64,000 nucleotides of DNA, taken from NCBI GenBank assembly GCA_040905565.1, contig JBBDRF010000086.1:1-64000 (forward strand), read 5' to 3'. Positions 1-12,344 of this stretch are shown in pieces. Origin of the DNA: Phycisphaeraceae bacterium (GTDB lineage Bacteria; Planctomycetota; Phycisphaerae; Phycisphaerales; Zrk34). The translations under genes were made by a program, and so were the position numbers. Each line of letters starts with the position of its first letter. Position 1 is the first letter of the stretch. The notes beneath the pieces are model-generated. The model searched no databases. It saw only the letters and a list, made by a program, of their open reading frames with translations, and was not told the origin of the DNA.

Positions 1-26
1 AGGTCCCCGCAGCTCCCCACGTCCCG

Positions 27-49
27 GCGACGCGTAGCGTCGCGGCTAC
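27..49. repeat. GTAG-type REP-like hairpin
   Basis: GCGACGC-GTA-GCGTCGC stem followed by GGCTAC (GTAG on the minus strand). Confidence 0.4.
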
Positions 50-121
50 CCGCACTCGCAGCTACCCAGTCGAGTTGTTATCATTCCTAGCGCTCTTTAC
101 ACCAGCTTGGACTACCAGACG

Positions 122-1156
122 ATGGGTCGATTGAAGACGGCTTGGCGCTTTGCACCAACAGCAGGAATCGCCTTGTGCGCCTGCCTCGTGATCATCTCCG
201 CACCTAGCAGCCCCGCCCACGCACAAAGCGTGTTCGAACTGCACGACGGAGAACTTACGCAGATTCACGCCCCCGATCCCGACACGCCCGAAGGCGAACT
301 TCAGGCCGTCGCCCAGGCCATCGCCGAAGAGCGTGGCAAAGACGCCATCAAGCTCGCCGACGCCTGGATCGAAAACTACCCCAACCACCCCCTCCTCGCC
401 CGCGCGTTCCTCCTCCGAGGCGACGCACGCGTCAGCCGAAACCACCTCTATGCCTCGCTGTTCGATTACGAAGTCGTGATGCGGCGGTTCCCCGCTTCCG
501 AGGAATTCGAAGTCGCCCTCGAGCGTGAATTCAGCATCGCGGAAACCTTCAGCCGAGGCACCAAACGTCTGCTCTGGGGCATGCGGCTTCTCCCCGCGTA
601 CGGCGAAGCGGAAGAGCTTTTCATCCGCATTCAGGAGCGATCGCCCGGCAGCCGCATCGCCGAACGGGCCGGCATCGAACTGGCCGACCATTATTATCGT
701 CAGTCGGAGATGCTCAGCGCCGCCGAGGCTTACGATTTGTTCCTCCAGAACTTCCCCCGCAGTCAGTGGCGCGAGTACGCGATGCAACGGCAGATCCTCG
801 CGAACCTCGCCACGTTCCGAGGCCCCCGCTTCGACGCCACAGGCCTGATCGACGCCGAGAGCCGCCTCGAAGAATACGCCCAGACCTACCCCGCCGCCGC
901 CGAGCAGATCGGCGCCGAGGCCCTGGCCACCCGCATCGACGAAACGCTTGCCGAGCGGTCGCTGCTGGTCGCCCACTGGTATCGCGATCGCGGCGAGCGC
1001 GTCAGCGCCATCTACATGTACCGTCGCCTGATTCAGGACCACCCCGGCTCAGCCGCCGCCCAGCAGGCCATCGCGCAACTCCGCCGTCTGGATCCCACCC
1101 TCTTCCGCGACGGCGAAATGGACCCGCCCGCCCAGACGGAGCCCAACCAGCCGTGA
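122..1156 (+). CDS. bamD: Outer membrane protein assembly factor BamD-like TPR protein
   Basis: Signal peptide; TPR helices with FP.S motifs (NYPNHP, RFPASE, NFPRSQ, DHPGS); adjacent lptE; start may be 107 or 122. Confidence 0.75.
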   Translation: MGRLKTAWRFAPTAGIALCACLVIISAPSSPAHAQSVFELHDGELTQIHAPDPDTPEGELQAVAQAIAEERGKDAIKLADAWIENYPNHPLLARAFLLRGDARVSRNHLYASLFDYEVVMRRFPASEEFEVALEREFSIAETFSRGTKRLLWGMRLLPAYGEAEELFIRIQERSPGSRIAERAGIELADHYYRQSEMLSAAEAYDLFLQNFPRSQWREYAMQRQILANLATFRGPRFDATGLIDAESRLEEYAQTYPAAAEQIGAEALATRIDETLAERSLLVAHWYRDRGERVSAIYMYRRLIQDHPGSAAAQQAIAQLRRLDPTLFRDGEMDPPAQTEPNQP

Positions 1157-1884
1157 GCAAGCCAAACCACCAATCTATCGCGCACCGACCACAACGAGCC
1201 GCGACCGTAAGGGAGCGGTTGGACGCACAACCTCAGCGCGCCGCTCACACCCCCCTCACCCAGCCACACCGCATAAACCAACACCGCGACAAGGCCCATG
1301 ATCGGCCCGCTCCCTCACGGTCGCGGCTCATTCACTCACGCGTGCACGCATATAAGAATCGATTCCCCGCCTCCCTCGCCACCTTCGCCCTCCTCGCCAT
1401 GCTCACCCTCACCGGCTGCGGCCCCAACGGCGGGCTCGCAGGCTACACCACCGGCGAAGCGTTCGACGAGTCCATCAGCACCGTCGCACTGCCCATCTTC
1501 GACAATGAAACCTTCTACCGCGAAACCGAATTCCGCCTCTCCGAAGCACTCGCAAAAGAGATTGAGCATCGCACCCCCTACAAGGTGACCGCCGCCCCCG
1601 GCGCGGATACGATTGTCCGTGGCACCATTGTGTCCGTGGATCAGCGTCTGCTCAGCCGTACCTTCGAAGGCGGCCTGACCCAGGAAGCGCAGGTGATCGT
1701 TACCGTCACCCTGGAATGGAAGGATCTGCGATCAGGCGAAATCATACGCCAGCGCAGCCGACTCACCGGGACAGGCGAATACATCCCCTCTCGCGGGGTG
1801 GGCGAGCCCTTCCAGGTCGCCCAGCACGAAGCCGTCGCAGAACTGGCCCGCGAAATCGTGTCGTTGATGCGCAGCGACTGGTAA
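1153..1884 (+). CDS. lptE: LPS assembly lipoprotein LptE-like
   Basis: Lipobox LTGC, then TVALPIFDNETF...RLSEAL; start uncertain (GTG 1153 overlapping the bamD stop, or a downstream start near 1342-1399). Confidence 0.7.
   Translation: MSKPNHQSIAHRPQRAATVRERLDAQPQRAAHTPLTQPHRINQHRDKAHDRPAPSRSRLIHSRVHAYKNRFPASLATFALLAMLTLTGCGPNGGLAGYTTGEAFDESISTVALPIFDNETFYRETEFRLSEALAKEIEHRTPYKVTAAPGADTIVRGTIVSVDQRLLSRTFEGGLTQEAQVIVTVTLEWKDLRSGEIIRQRSRLTGTGEYIPSRGVGEPFQVAQHEAVAELAREIVSLMRSDW
1194..1329. repeat. Inverted pair of REP-like elements
   Basis: ACGAGCCGCGACCGTAAGGGAGCGGTTGG at 1194-1222 and near-complement CCGCTCCCTCACGGTCGCGGCTC at 1307-1329; same family at 11072-11155. Confidence 0.8.
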
Positions 1885-1970
1885 AAATCTCAGACGGACG
1901 GCCCAAACGAACGCCCCCTCAGCCGACGGCGTAACGCCAAGGGCGAACGTATTCCATAGAAAGCGACCAA

Positions 1971-4001
<2,031 letters not shown>

Positions 4002-4034
4002 ACGGCGAATAATCCGCCGAAACCACACTTTAAG

Positions 4035-4071
4035 ATGACCTTATCATGACTAATGATAAGGTCATTTTTTT
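4035..4071 (+). terminator. Intrinsic terminator after ftsH, between convergent genes
   Basis: 13-bp stem ATGACCTTATCAT/ATGATAAGGTCAT followed by a T-run. Confidence 0.75.
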
Positions 4072-6113
4072 GCGCCCGCACGAATTCTATGTCTCAGTTT
4101 AGTAAGGGTTTGCGGGCCGATTCCGAGGGCGTGAGCGGCGATCACCAGCTGATTCCGCGCCGTCGCGCGCAGCGGGCCGTGCCGTTGCCAATAGCGCGCG
4201 CTGGTGCGCACCGGCGCGGTCAGGGAGGCGAGGTACCCCCGCCGCCGGAGCCGACGGACCAGGTCGTAGTCTTCCATGACGGTGAGCGCGTCATCGAACC
4301 CGCCGAGTTGATTGAACACGTCCCGGCGGACGAAGATCGCCTGGTCGCCGTACGGTAACTTCAGCCTTTCACAGCGGTAACGCACGGCCCGTTCGATCCA
4401 CCGGTAAAGCTTGCCGGGGGCATCGATCTGCAAAGCGAACGCCCCGCCGACCACCTCGGGATCTTCCAGAGCCCTGCGGATCTGCTGAGCGTATTCCGGA
4501 GGCAGAAGCGTGTCGGCGTGACAAAACAAGATCACGTCAGAGGTTACGGCCGCCGCCCCCGCGTTCATCTGCCGCGCCCGCCCCGGTGGCCCGCTGATGA
4601 AGGTAACACCATGATACTTCGCAATTTGCGCGGTTTTGTCGACACTGCCACCGTCGGCGACGACGATCTTGACGCGGGGGTCGGCGGGAGCCTGTAAGTG
4701 CGCAAGTGTCTGTGATAGCGTGGCTTCCTCGTTAAGGGTTGGCACAACCACACCCAGCGTCGGCCCCGCGGCGACGCGGTTCCACAGCGGCAAGTCCTCC
4801 GGCCGATCCACATCCCCCCCCCACCGTAGCTGTCCGACCGAAAGCCCCTGTTCGGTGGCAATCGCAAGTGTCTGTTCCATCACGCTTTCCGTACCCCACG
4901 TGATGCCCTCGAACAGCGCGGGTGCCGGCCGGCTCAGGCCGATGAGGTAGTACCCGCCGTCGTGGGCGGGCCCGATCACAACATCCTTGTCACGCAACAC
5001 TTCGAACGCTTCACCGAGCAGCCCGGGCGTCAGCTCCGGGCAGTCCGTCCCGATCAGCACGACGCGCTGGGCACCTTCCGCAAAGGCTTCACAAACAGCA
5101 CGTTGCATCCGATCACCCAGGTCGCCTTCGCCCTGATCGACGTACCGCCGCGGCCCGAAGCGAGCGGCCATTTCGTCAGCCGTGCCGCCTGTGATCCGAA
5201 CAGTGGGATGAAGCGTAACACGTTTGCTGGCAAGACCATCGGCCTGTTTCAGCGTGTGTGCCGTCATCGCCTGATGCACGGCCGCGGCACCTTCGGGACC
5301 GATGCCCGGGATGAGCCGGGTCTTGGTGCGGCCGTGCTTTGGCAGGCGGGCGAAGACGACGAGGTGATCGGACGGCGGTGTCGGCGGTAAGTGCTTGTGT
5401 GACAGCGTCTCCCGAAGAATCGTGAGCGGAATTTTTGTGCCCGCACCGATCACGCCTCGCAGCGTGCCGCTGATTTTTGAGGTGCCGATGCGTCGGCGGT
5501 ACGGCACCGCAACCTCTGCGTATCTCAGGCGTTGGAGGGCCGCGCGGAGTTGCATCTGGACGGTCCAGCCGTAGGTCTTGTCATCCATGGCGAGACGGTT
5601 GAGCCCGCTGCGGCGGACGGCTCGGAATGGGCCAAGGTCGGTGGTGCGCTGGCCGTGGAGGATGCCCAGCAAACACGTGGCGATCTGGTTGCCGAGGCGT
5701 TGCGGCAGCGTCAGCGAGCCTGGCTCCGCCCCGCCGCGGGCGCGGGATCCGATCACTAAGTCAGTTTCATCATTGAAGATGGGCGCGACGATGTCGGGCA
5801 GCATGGCGGGGTCGTCGGCGAGGTCGGCATCGAGAAAGGCCACGACGGTGACGGCTGGGGCGAGGGCGGCGAGGCCTGCGAGGCAGGCGGAACCGTAGCC
5901 CCGGCGAGGCTGGTGGACGACGGTCGCGCCGGCCTCGGCGGCGACGGCGGCGGTGCGGTCGGTCGAACCATTGTCGACGACGATGACCTGACCCAGGCCT
6001 GAAGGAAGCGACGCAAGTACATGCGGCAGAGAGGCTTGCTCGTTCAGGGCAGGGATGATCAGGCCGACGCGGCAGAGGTCGGCACGGACGGATTGGCGGT
6101 TCGTTTCATCCAT
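4062..6113 (-). CDS. Triple fusion: GT2 glycosyltransferase + TIGR04282/DUF2064 transferase + TIGR04283-type GT2
   Basis: IIPALNE/VDNGSTD/DAD; FARLP..GRTKTRL/IGTDCP/GPAHDGGYYLIG; VVPTLNE/DGGSVD/HADT/YGDQ/MED. Confidence 0.85.
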   Translation of the reverse strand: MDETNRQSVRADLCRVGLIIPALNEQASLPHVLASLPSGLGQVIVVDNGSTDRTAAVAAEAGATVVHQPRRGYGSACLAGLAALAPAVTVVAFLDADLADDPAMLPDIVAPIFNDETDLVIGSRARGGAEPGSLTLPQRLGNQIATCLLGILHGQRTTDLGPFRAVRRSGLNRLAMDDKTYGWTVQMQLRAALQRLRYAEVAVPYRRRIGTSKISGTLRGVIGAGTKIPLTILRETLSHKHLPPTPPSDHLVVFARLPKHGRTKTRLIPGIGPEGAAAVHQAMTAHTLKQADGLASKRVTLHPTVRITGGTADEMAARFGPRRYVDQGEGDLGDRMQRAVCEAFAEGAQRVVLIGTDCPELTPGLLGEAFEVLRDKDVVIGPAHDGGYYLIGLSRPAPALFEGITWGTESVMEQTLAIATEQGLSVGQLRWGGDVDRPEDLPLWNRVAAGPTLGVVVPTLNEEATLSQTLAHLQAPADPRVKIVVADGGSVDKTAQIAKYHGVTFISGPPGRARQMNAGAAAVTSDVILFCHADTLLPPEYAQQIRRALEDPEVVGGAFALQIDAPGKLYRWIERAVRYRCERLKLPYGDQAIFVRRDVFNQLGGFDDALTVMEDYDLVRRLRRRGYLASLTAPVRTSARYWQRHGPLRATARNQLVIAAHALGIGPQTLTKLRHRIRAGAKK

Positions 6114-7525
6114 CGCACCGCCATCATAATCGCGATCCACGGCGGCAGGTGAACGGCGAAAACCAGCATCGGATAATCATACGTCAGGTAATAGACCGGC
6201 AAGGTGGCCACGTACACAAGCATCGCTGATATAAGGAGTTGGTGATGGCGTCCAACGGCGGGCCAGGCGAGGGCGGCTGGGGCGATCAGCCAGGTGAGGT
6301 ACCACGGGAACTGGGCGGGGCTAAGCAGGAACAGCAAGGCGATCGCGGCGATGGTGCGGAGGAGGAGCGGTCTAGTTTCCGTATGGGTAAGGAGTTGGGG
6401 ACTGCCGGCCTCCTCACTCGGCCTCTCGCTGGGGGGGAGAGGGGTAAGATAAATGATAAGGGGGAGGGTGAGGAGGTAGGTGATGGCGAGCAGGGGACGG
6501 GCGAGGTAGTGAGCGTCGGCGGCATCGAGCGGGGTGAGGTGGGCGAGCGGGTGAAGTGCGTACTGGAGCAGAAGATAGAGCGCGGAGTTGTTGTGCCAAT
6601 GGGCGGTGTAGGCGACGAGGCCGGCTGAATCGGCGGGGCCTGCGGTGAGCAGCATCGGGGCGATCATGAGGAGGGTGACGAAACCCGCGACGGCGACACC
6701 AGTAAGCATCGCCCGACGGGGAATGCGGGGTTGATAGAGCAGGACGGGGGCGAGGATGAGGGGCCAGATCTTGACGCCTGCCGCGAGGCCGAGGAGGAGG
6801 CCGGTGAGGGTGGCCCGGCGTGCGATGGCAGATGCAACTGCTGCGAGGACTAGCGGTAAGAGCAGAACGTCCATGTGCAGCCGTTGGGTGAGTTCGATCG
6901 CGATGAGGGGGCACCACCAGTAGAGGGCGATCACCGGCGGCGGCAGATTCAGGCGGATCACGATCAACAGGAGCAAGGCGACGGTGGCGAGATCGCACAG
7001 CAGGACGATGCTGCGCCATGCCTGGTGGCTGAAGGGCTGGATGAGGTAGGCAGCGGCGAAGGCGGACTGGGCGACGGGGGGATAGATGGTGGTGTACTGC
7101 GGATGGTTGATCTGACGCAGGGTGTTGCCAGCAGCGGGATTAGCTTCGGAGGCGGCGACGTCGGCTGGGGCTGTGCGGTAGGGATTCTGGGCGTGGGCGG
7201 TGACGGAGCCGTCCCAGAGGTAGCGGTGGTAATCGTCTTCGAGGATGGGGGGAGCGGTGAACATGGGCAGCCTCATGAGGAGGCCGACGGCGAGGATGAT
7301 GAGGAGAAGGGACCGCGTCGGAGGCAGGTGCTTGAGCAGCGGGAGCGTGGCGAGGTAGAGCAGGCCGATTGTGAGGTACAGGGCGACGAAGATGAGGAGG
7401 GGGCGATCGGCAGGTGACGTGCTGTACTGCAGTTGCGGCGCGAGGGTGGCGATGCTGACGCAGCCGAGGAGGATGAGGAGGCCGAGGGTGATGAAGATGG
7501 CGAGATGGGGCGGACGGCGGCGCAT
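6059..7525 (-). CDS. Polytopic membrane glycosyltransferase (GT87/GT-C-like)
   Basis: Many TM helices; EDDYHRYLWDG, TIYPP, HMD, PWY motifs. Confidence 0.75.
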   Translation of the reverse strand: MRRRPPHLAIFITLGLLILLGCVSIATLAPQLQYSTSPADRPLLIFVALYLTIGLLYLATLPLLKHLPPTRSLLLIILAVGLLMRLPMFTAPPILEDDYHRYLWDGSVTAHAQNPYRTAPADVAASEANPAAGNTLRQINHPQYTTIYPPVAQSAFAAAYLIQPFSHQAWRSIVLLCDLATVALLLLIVIRLNLPPPVIALYWWCPLIAIELTQRLHMDVLLLPLVLAAVASAIARRATLTGLLLGLAAGVKIWPLILAPVLLYQPRIPRRAMLTGVAVAGFVTLLMIAPMLLTAGPADSAGLVAYTAHWHNNSALYLLLQYALHPLAHLTPLDAADAHYLARPLLAITYLLTLPLIIYLTPLPPSERPSEEAGSPQLLTHTETRPLLLRTIAAIALLFLLSPAQFPWYLTWLIAPAALAWPAVGRHHQLLISAMLVYVATLPVYYLTYDYPMLVFAVHLPPWIAIMMAVRWMKRTANPSVPTSAASA

Positions 7526-7595
7526 GGGCGTCAATTTCGAAGCGGTGGTTTGCCGCAGGATTAACGTTCGCAATGACTTGCGCACAACCGCTTCC

Positions 7596-8285
7596 TTAGG
7601 GGCGCGGCTCGTTGTTGGCCATATGTGCGGCGGCGACGGCTTGGCAGAAGTCGGTGATGCGGTCGGGGTCTTTGATGCCTGGGGCGGACTCGACGCCTGA
7701 TGAGACGTCGACGGCGTAGGGGCGGACGGTTTGGATGGCGTCGGCGACGTTGCCGGCGGTCAGCCCGCCTGCGAGGATGATGGGGGCGGCGGGTTTGACA
7801 TCATCGAGCACGGCGCGTAACGCGTGCCAATCGAAGGTTTTGCCGGTGCCGCCGCCGATTTTGGCGGGGTCGGGGGTGTCGATGATTAAGCCGACGAGGT
7901 TGGGCAGGTTGCGGTAGTGCTGATCCCATGTGCGGAGCTGATCGACGGCGGTGTCGGCCTCGAACGAGAGGGCCCGGATGACGCGATGGGGCGCGAGGGC
8001 GGCGATGGCGGCAGCATCGAAACGGTCGCCATGCAGTTGGAGCGTGATGAGAGGGACGGCCTGGGCGATGCGGCGGATTTCATCGAACGGCGTTGTCGTA
8101 AAAAGACCTGTGATATCGACATACGGCGGGACGGCTGCGGCGAGATCGGCGGCGGCGGCGGGGGTGATGTAGCGGGCGGAGCGTTCGGCGAAGACGAAGC
8201 CGACGGCTTGGGCGCCGGCTGCGGTGGCGGTTTCGATGGCTTCGGGGGTTTTCAGGCCACAGATTTTGATGCGGGGGAAAATCAT
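7596..8285 (-). CDS. trpF: Phosphoribosylanthranilate isomerase
   Basis: KICGL, QLHG, GGTGKTFDW, LAGGL, VDVSSGVE. Confidence 0.96.
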   Translation of the reverse strand: MIFPRIKICGLKTPEAIETATAAGAQAVGFVFAERSARYITPAAAADLAAAVPPYVDITGLFTTTPFDEIRRIAQAVPLITLQLHGDRFDAAAIAALAPHRVIRALSFEADTAVDQLRTWDQHYRNLPNLVGLIIDTPDPAKIGGGTGKTFDWHALRAVLDDVKPAAPIILAGGLTAGNVADAIQTVRPYAVDVSSGVESAPGIKDPDRITDFCQAVAAAHMANNEPRP

Positions 8286-8323
8286 TGGCTATCAGGCATT
8301 ATGTATTGGTTATTGAGGAACGA

Positions 8324-9316
8324 TCATCCTGGCAGTTCGGTGGCGGGTGCGTGGAAGATTTTGCCCATGATTTTCTCGATGGGCGGATCGGTGACGGTGA
8401 GATCGACGACGGTGAAGGCATCGAGCAGGCGGTCGATGGTGTCGGTGAGCTGTTCGCGTGGGACGAGGATGCTGGCGACGGTGCCATCGATGGATTCGAT
8501 CTGGCCGAAGGGTTGGAGCTGATGGGGAGCGATGGCGTGGTCGAATTCGAGGGTGACTTGGCGATGGGGTGCGAGGCGTTCGAGGAGGCCTGGGAGGGAG
8601 CCGTCGTAGACGAGGCCGCCTTCGTGGATGAGCATCACGCGTTGGCAAAGTGCGGTGATATCGGCCATGTAATGGCTGGTCAGGAGGATGGTGGCGTGGT
8701 ACTTTTGGTTGTACTGGCGGAGGAATTCGCGGACGGCGGCCTGGGCGTTGACGTCGAGGCCGAGCGTGGGTTCGTCGAGGAAGAGCACCTGCGGGCGGTG
8801 GAGGAGTGCGGCGAGGAGTTCGGCTTTCATCCGCTGACCGAGGCTGAGTTTACGGACCGGTTGGTTGAGCTGGCCGTGGAGCTGAAGCATCTCGGCGAGT
8901 TCTTCGATGCGAGCCTGGGCTTCGCGATCGGGCACGTCGTAGACGGCGGCGTTGATCTTGAGCGAGTCCATCGCGGGCAGGTCCCACATGAGCTGTTGCT
9001 TCTGGCCCATGACGAGCGTGATCTGCCTGAGGAAGGCGGGTTTGCGCTGGAAGGGTGTGTGGCCGACGACTTCGACCTGGCCTGCGGTGGGATGGATGAG
9101 GCCGGTGAGCATTTTGAGCGTGGTGGTTTTGCCGGCGCCGTTGGGTCCGAGGAAGCCGACGATTTCTCCGGGATTAATTGTGAACGAAACATCCCTTACT
9201 GCGTCGATATGACGAAAGCGGCGATGCGCGAAATGGCGAAGCGTGCCCGCGAGGCCCGGCTGCTTGTCGGCGACGCGGTACTGCTTGACGAGATGATGGG
9301 CTGCAACCACGGGCAT
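8324..9316 (-). CDS. ABC transporter ATP-binding protein
   Basis: GPNGAGKT, LSLGQ signature, LFLDEPT, SH. Confidence 0.93.
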   Translation of the reverse strand: MPVVAAHHLVKQYRVADKQPGLAGTLRHFAHRRFRHIDAVRDVSFTINPGEIVGFLGPNGAGKTTTLKMLTGLIHPTAGQVEVVGHTPFQRKPAFLRQITLVMGQKQQLMWDLPAMDSLKINAAVYDVPDREAQARIEELAEMLQLHGQLNQPVRKLSLGQRMKAELLAALLHRPQVLFLDEPTLGLDVNAQAAVREFLRQYNQKYHATILLTSHYMADITALCQRVMLIHEGGLVYDGSLPGLLERLAPHRQVTLEFDHAIAPHQLQPFGQIESIDGTVASILVPREQLTDTIDRLLDAFTVVDLTVTDPPIEKIMGKIFHAPATELPG

Positions 9317-9460
9317 GCGGCAATTGTAGCGACTCGACAGGCGTTGTATCGCCCGAGCGTGTCGCCGGCCTGGGAAGCGTCGCAAGATTTGAGAGAAATC
9401 GGGTGAAGCCCAGCCCGGTGGTGAGTAAGATGGGGTCTCTAGAGAGGTTGTTGAGCACGG

Positions 9461-10885
9461 ATGTTCGTACTGACCTGTCCATCATGTAACCACGCAGCAC
9501 GCGTGAAGTTCGTCCGCTTGAATGCGTTGGCGACGTGCCCGGCCTGCAATGCGCGGTTCCGGGTGGATACGCAGTCGGCGTCGATCGATCGGGACGGTCA
9601 GGTGGGCGGTCCGCTGCACAATCTGCCTCAGCAGGTGCCGCCGCCGGAGACGCTGGCGGTGCGGGGTAAGCTGAACCCGGCGGCGTTCGCGGGGCAGGCG
9701 GATCCTGACGAGCCCTCAACGGAAGAAATCTGGGACGAGATGTTCGGCGAAGCGCCGACGCCGGTGCCTACGGTGCACGAAGCGCCGCTGGACTGGAAGC
9801 CTCGCCCGAGCGCTTTGGAACTGCCCGACGGCATTCGACTGGAAGCGGTGGGGTTGTTGATGGTGGCCAGTGCGGTGGCGGCGGCGCTGCTGGTGGGCGT
9901 GATCATGAACGGCTCGAGGGAGAGGCCTGAGACGGTCGTGCAGGTACCGCCTGAGTTGGTGGCGGAGGAGCCCAGTTCGGATGGCGACGGCACGCAGGAG
10001 CCGACCGGTGGTAACGGCAGCGGGCAAACTGCGGGTGGGGGCGAAGGCGGCACAGCCGGTGGCGACGACAACAGTGAAACCGGCGCGGAAGGCAGCGATG
10101 TGGTGGTGGTCGATGAACCGACCGAGCCCCGCGATGAACTGCCTCCGCTGATGAGCGGTGAGGGGTCGGGTGGTTTGCCGTTGGCGCCGAGGGTGCCGCC
10201 GCCTGGTTATGATTCCGACCTGCCTCGGATGCGGTTGGATGGTTCGGTGGCCTACGAGCCGAGGTGGGAAGCGTTGTCGGAGCCGCGGCGGGCGATGCAG
10301 CCGATGATCCGGTCGGATGTGTTGGTCTGGATGCCTCGGCTGCAGCACGATCAGGAAAACGATCGCACGATGTTCACCGCGATGTTCCTGGCTGAGACCG
10401 ACCGCATCTATCAGAGTGGCTTCCTGCACGTGCAGCTGCTGAACGAGGAAGGCCTGGCGATCGCGGAGTTGAAGCAGGTGGTGCCTGCGGTGAACGCGAG
10501 ACAGGGGCTGCAGGTGCGGTTGAAGGTGCCTAACGATCTGGATTACGAAAGCAGCAGCGTGGTGGCACAGTTCACGCCGGTGGACCCGGTGATGCGTGCG
10601 GTGCCGATCGAAGCGATGGAAGCGGAAACGCGTGTCCAATACAGCGGCGAGGGGCCTGCGATCGAGATCACGGTGATGAACCCGAACCGTGAGCCAGTGA
10701 TCGACCCGATCGTGGTGGTGGATCTGCTCACGGCCGACGGCTGGCCTGTGGGGATGTACCGGGGGACGGTGAGCGGGAGGATCGAAGCGGGCGAGCAGAT
10801 GACGTTCGTGGTGCGGCCGCCGGTTGAGAATGAGGCCGACCCCGGGCGGATTCAGATCCGCGGGTATGCGTTCCGAGACGACTGA
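9461..10885 (+). CDS. Zinc-ribbon bitopic membrane protein with C-terminal beta domains
   Basis: CPSC...CPAC N-terminus, one TM helix, acidic linker. Confidence 0.7.
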   Translation: MFVLTCPSCNHAARVKFVRLNALATCPACNARFRVDTQSASIDRDGQVGGPLHNLPQQVPPPETLAVRGKLNPAAFAGQADPDEPSTEEIWDEMFGEAPTPVPTVHEAPLDWKPRPSALELPDGIRLEAVGLLMVASAVAAALLVGVIMNGSRERPETVVQVPPELVAEEPSSDGDGTQEPTGGNGSGQTAGGGEGGTAGGDDNSETGAEGSDVVVVDEPTEPRDELPPLMSGEGSGGLPLAPRVPPPGYDSDLPRMRLDGSVAYEPRWEALSEPRRAMQPMIRSDVLVWMPRLQHDQENDRTMFTAMFLAETDRIYQSGFLHVQLLNEEGLAIAELKQVVPAVNARQGLQVRLKVPNDLDYESSSVVAQFTPVDPVMRAVPIEAMEAETRVQYSGEGPAIEITVMNPNREPVIDPIVVVDLLTADGWPVGMYRGTVSGRIEAGEQMTFVVRPPVENEADPGRIQIRGYAFRDD

Positions 10886-11071
10886 AGTTCCGCTGAGGCG
10901 TTCGCACTTGCATGAGGCATCTGTCGTTGATGATGTTGAGGACCGGATGCCACGGCTGGACGCGGTTCGGGGTTAAGCCTCTTCCCTGCGGGTTGGGTGA
11001 GGGGCGGGAACACGGAAAATCTATCCCACCACACCGCACACGTCATGACCGTGACACGGCCCAAGATCGGT

Positions 11072-11155
11072 CCGCTCCCTCACCGTCGCGGCTCGTTGGC
11101 TCACGCGCGCACCCACATCCCCGGATACGAGCCGCGACCGTAAGGGAGCGGTTGG
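11072..11155. repeat. Inverted pair of REP-like elements, opposite order to 1194-1329
   Basis: CCGCTCCCTCACCGTCGCGGCTCGT (11072-11096) and ACGAGCCGCGACCGTAAGGGAGCGGTTGG (11127-11155). Confidence 0.8.
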
Positions 11156-11192
11156 GTGCCACGCCTACCCCTCTTACTCGGCGGCGGGGCTT

Positions 11193-12344
11193 ATGATTTT
11201 TCCGCTGAGCACAGACCGTCAGCTCCGCCGTACGCCTTGGGTGAACATCAGCTTCATCACGATCAACGCGTTGATCTTCCTGTTTCAGGCGAACACGGCA
11301 CATCTGGACTTGCAGTGGGCGGAGGCGTTGCTGCTGGACCCGGTCGAGCCGAGGCTGTTTCAGTTCATCAGCTATCAATTCCTGCACGGCTCGTGGCAGC
11401 ACATCCTGTTCAACATGCTGTTCCTGTACGTCTTCGGCAACAGTCTGGAGGATCGGCTTGGCCGCCTTGGTTACCTGTTTTTCTACCTGGCGGGCGGGAT
11501 CGTGGCGGGGCTGGGCCATGTGCTGACGAGCGAAGCGCCGGTGCTCGGCGCGAGCGGGTCGGTCTCGGCTGTGACGGGGGCATTTCTGGCACTGTTTCCG
11601 CGGTCGCATGTGACGCTGGTTTACTGGTTCATCATCATCGGTCAGCTGACCGTGCCGAGCATGTGGCTGATCCTGTTCAGCATTGCGCAGGACCTGATTT
11701 TTGCGACGCTGAACATGGGCGGGAACGTGGCGTACCTGGCGCACCTGAGCGGGAACCTGTTCGGCTTTGTGGTGGGGATGGGACTGCTGGCGACGCGTGT
11801 GTTGCCACGTGAGCCTTACGATTTTCTGGCGTTGGTGAACCGATGGCGGCAGCGGCGGCAGATGAAGGCGATGACGCGTGAGGGCGGATCGCCCTGGGTG
11901 CGTGATGCGGGCAAAGCCGTGGCGGCGGAGGCGGGGCCTTTGAATGCGAAGTCGCAGCAGATCGCCCAGCGTCGGCGGGAGGTGGCGCAGGCGCTGGCGG
12001 AGCATCAACCGGAGTTGGCGCTCGATGCGTATGAGCGACTTTCGCAGCTGGATACTCAGCAGGTGATGCCGCGTCAGCAGCAGCTTGATCTGGCGAATTA
12101 TGCGATGACGCACGAGCGCCATCACACGGCAGCGCGGGCCTATGAAGCGTTCGCCGAGCAGTTCGCGTCTGACGAGTACACGCCTCAGGTGCTGTTGATT
12201 CTGGGGCTGATCTATGTGCGGTATTTGAAGATTCCCGATCGCGCCAGGCCGTTCCTTGAGCAAGCGGTCAAGCGCATCGACGACCCGGCCCGGCGGGAGA
12301 TGGCGCAGGAAATGCTCGAGCAGACGCAACGGCCGTTGCCGTGA
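11193..12344 (+). CDS. Rhomboid intramembrane serine protease with C-terminal TPR
   Basis: FLH..W.H..FNM, GASG catalytic Ser, AHLSG His, TPR tail. Confidence 0.9.
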   Translation: MIFPLSTDRQLRRTPWVNISFITINALIFLFQANTAHLDLQWAEALLLDPVEPRLFQFISYQFLHGSWQHILFNMLFLYVFGNSLEDRLGRLGYLFFYLAGGIVAGLGHVLTSEAPVLGASGSVSAVTGAFLALFPRSHVTLVYWFIIIGQLTVPSMWLILFSIAQDLIFATLNMGGNVAYLAHLSGNLFGFVVGMGLLATRVLPREPYDFLALVNRWRQRRQMKAMTREGGSPWVRDAGKAVAAEAGPLNAKSQQIAQRRREVAQALAEHQPELALDAYERLSQLDTQQVMPRQQQLDLANYAMTHERHHTAARAYEAFAEQFASDEYTPQVLLILGLIYVRYLKIPDRARPFLEQAVKRIDDPARREMAQEMLEQTQRPLP

